A stretch of DNA of 5,053 nucleotides. Source: a virus. Its lineage: Duplodnaviria > Heunggongvirae > Uroviricota > Caudoviricetes. This document shows positions 4,556 through 5,053 of this stretch, in pieces. Both the position numbers and the translations under genes were made by a program. Numbering within the stretch: position 1 is the first letter of the stretch; each line of letters begins with the position of its first letter. The stretch lies in the IMG/VR virus record IMGVR_UViG_2671181111_000008; one strand, written 5' to 3'. Under the pieces are notes generated by a model. It did no database searches. It was not told the origin of the DNA and saw nothing but the letters and a program-made list of their open reading frames with translations.

Positions 4556-4978
4556 TCAGTTGGCTGGTCGTTTAACCGACATAGTTAACCCATTAATCTG
4601 GTTGCCGGATGCTGGTGGATTTTCGCGTTTTAGTTGTTCATAAAAGTGCACAGCTTTAACCAGTTCTTCTGATGTAACCGGGACTGGTGGGGCAGTGAAT
4701 AAGGCCTGAATTTCATAGTTCGGCCTGTCGTTACAATCCTCTTTTTTCGGTACATATTTCCAGTCACCAACCCACAACTCCCCCTGAGAGTCCATAACAC
4801 CTTTTTTCACGTAGCGATATCGCCACGCTATCGGCTCTGCTTCCAGCGATGCCCGTGCAATTTTGAATAACTCGCCCTCTACTCGCGCCATCCCTGAATT
4901 GGGGTGGCATTTCGTAATCGCTATTTTTAATTTGGCTTCTTCGATTAATTGTTCTTTTGTTAATTCAGTCATTTTCAT
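4556..4978 (-). CDS. Hypothetical protein (140 aa), unknown function
   Basis: ATG-initiated ORF (4978..4976) of normal GC content and non-repetitive composition, same orientation as the rest of the prophage genes. I recognise no motifs. The IS1 end lies 9 bp upstream of its start codon. Confidence 0.6.
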   Translation of the reverse strand: MKMTELTKEQLIEEAKLKIAITKCHPNSGMARVEGELFKIARASLEAEPIAWRYRYVKKGVMDSQGELWVGDWKYVPKKEDCNDRPNYEIQALFTAPPVPVTSEELVKAVHFYEQLKRENPPASGNQINGLTMSVKRPAN

Positions 4979-4987
4979 TACCGCCCT

Positions 4988-5053
4988 GGTAATGCTGCCA
5001 ACTTACTGATTTAGTGTATGATGGTGATTTTAAGGTGCTTGCGTGGCTTCCAT
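4988..5053 (+). mobile_element. Left end of an IS1-family insertion sequence (divergent isoform), truncated by the window edge
   Basis: ggtaatgctgccaacttactgatttagtgtatgatggtgattttaaggtgcttgcgtggcttccat aligns with my recollection of the IS1 left end (GGTGATGCTGCCAACTTACTGATTTAGTGTATGATGGTGTTTTTGAGGTGCTCCAGTGGCTTCTG), with about 8 mismatches in 66 nt. Confidence 0.85.
5043..5053 (+). CDS. insA: Start of IS1 insA (partial, runs off the window)
   Basis: GTG GCT TCC AT.. at 5043 onward corresponds to the InsA N-terminus M-A-S of IS1, at the expected distance from the left inverted repeat. Only 11 nt are in the window. Confidence 0.45.

Overview
This window reads as the late-regulatory end of an enterobacterial lambdoid prophage, with every supported gene on the minus strand. 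Running from high to low coordinates: an IS1 left end (4988-5053), a 140-aa hypothetical ORF, an AT-rich spacer with a possible small membrane ORF, a complete hok/sok-type type I toxin-antitoxin locus (Hok 3749-3904 with promoter, leader and UUCG-loop terminator), a short hypothetical ORF, a DUF968/NinG-like Cys-His protein, the Holliday-junction resolvase RusA, a Q-like late antiterminator candidate, a candidate late promoter and terminator, a cluster of at least three tRNA genes interrupted by a 139-nt run of N, a structured intergenic region, an S21-type pinholin, and what looks like a 6-codon stub of the endolysin gene. The most notable points are the hok locus carrying full regulatory architecture but with its upstream reading frame in frame with hok, an atypical tRNA with C at position 33, the masked stretch inside the tRNA cluster, a perfect 27-bp in-frame tandem duplication inside the Q-like gene, and signs of prophage decay (truncated endolysin, IS1). 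All family assignments rest on my own reading of the translations and on recalled reference sequences; no database search was possible. I cannot point to a clearly novel multi-gene system from sequence alone; the best candidates for follow-up are the unannotated 140-aa and 92-aa proteins and the AT-rich island.
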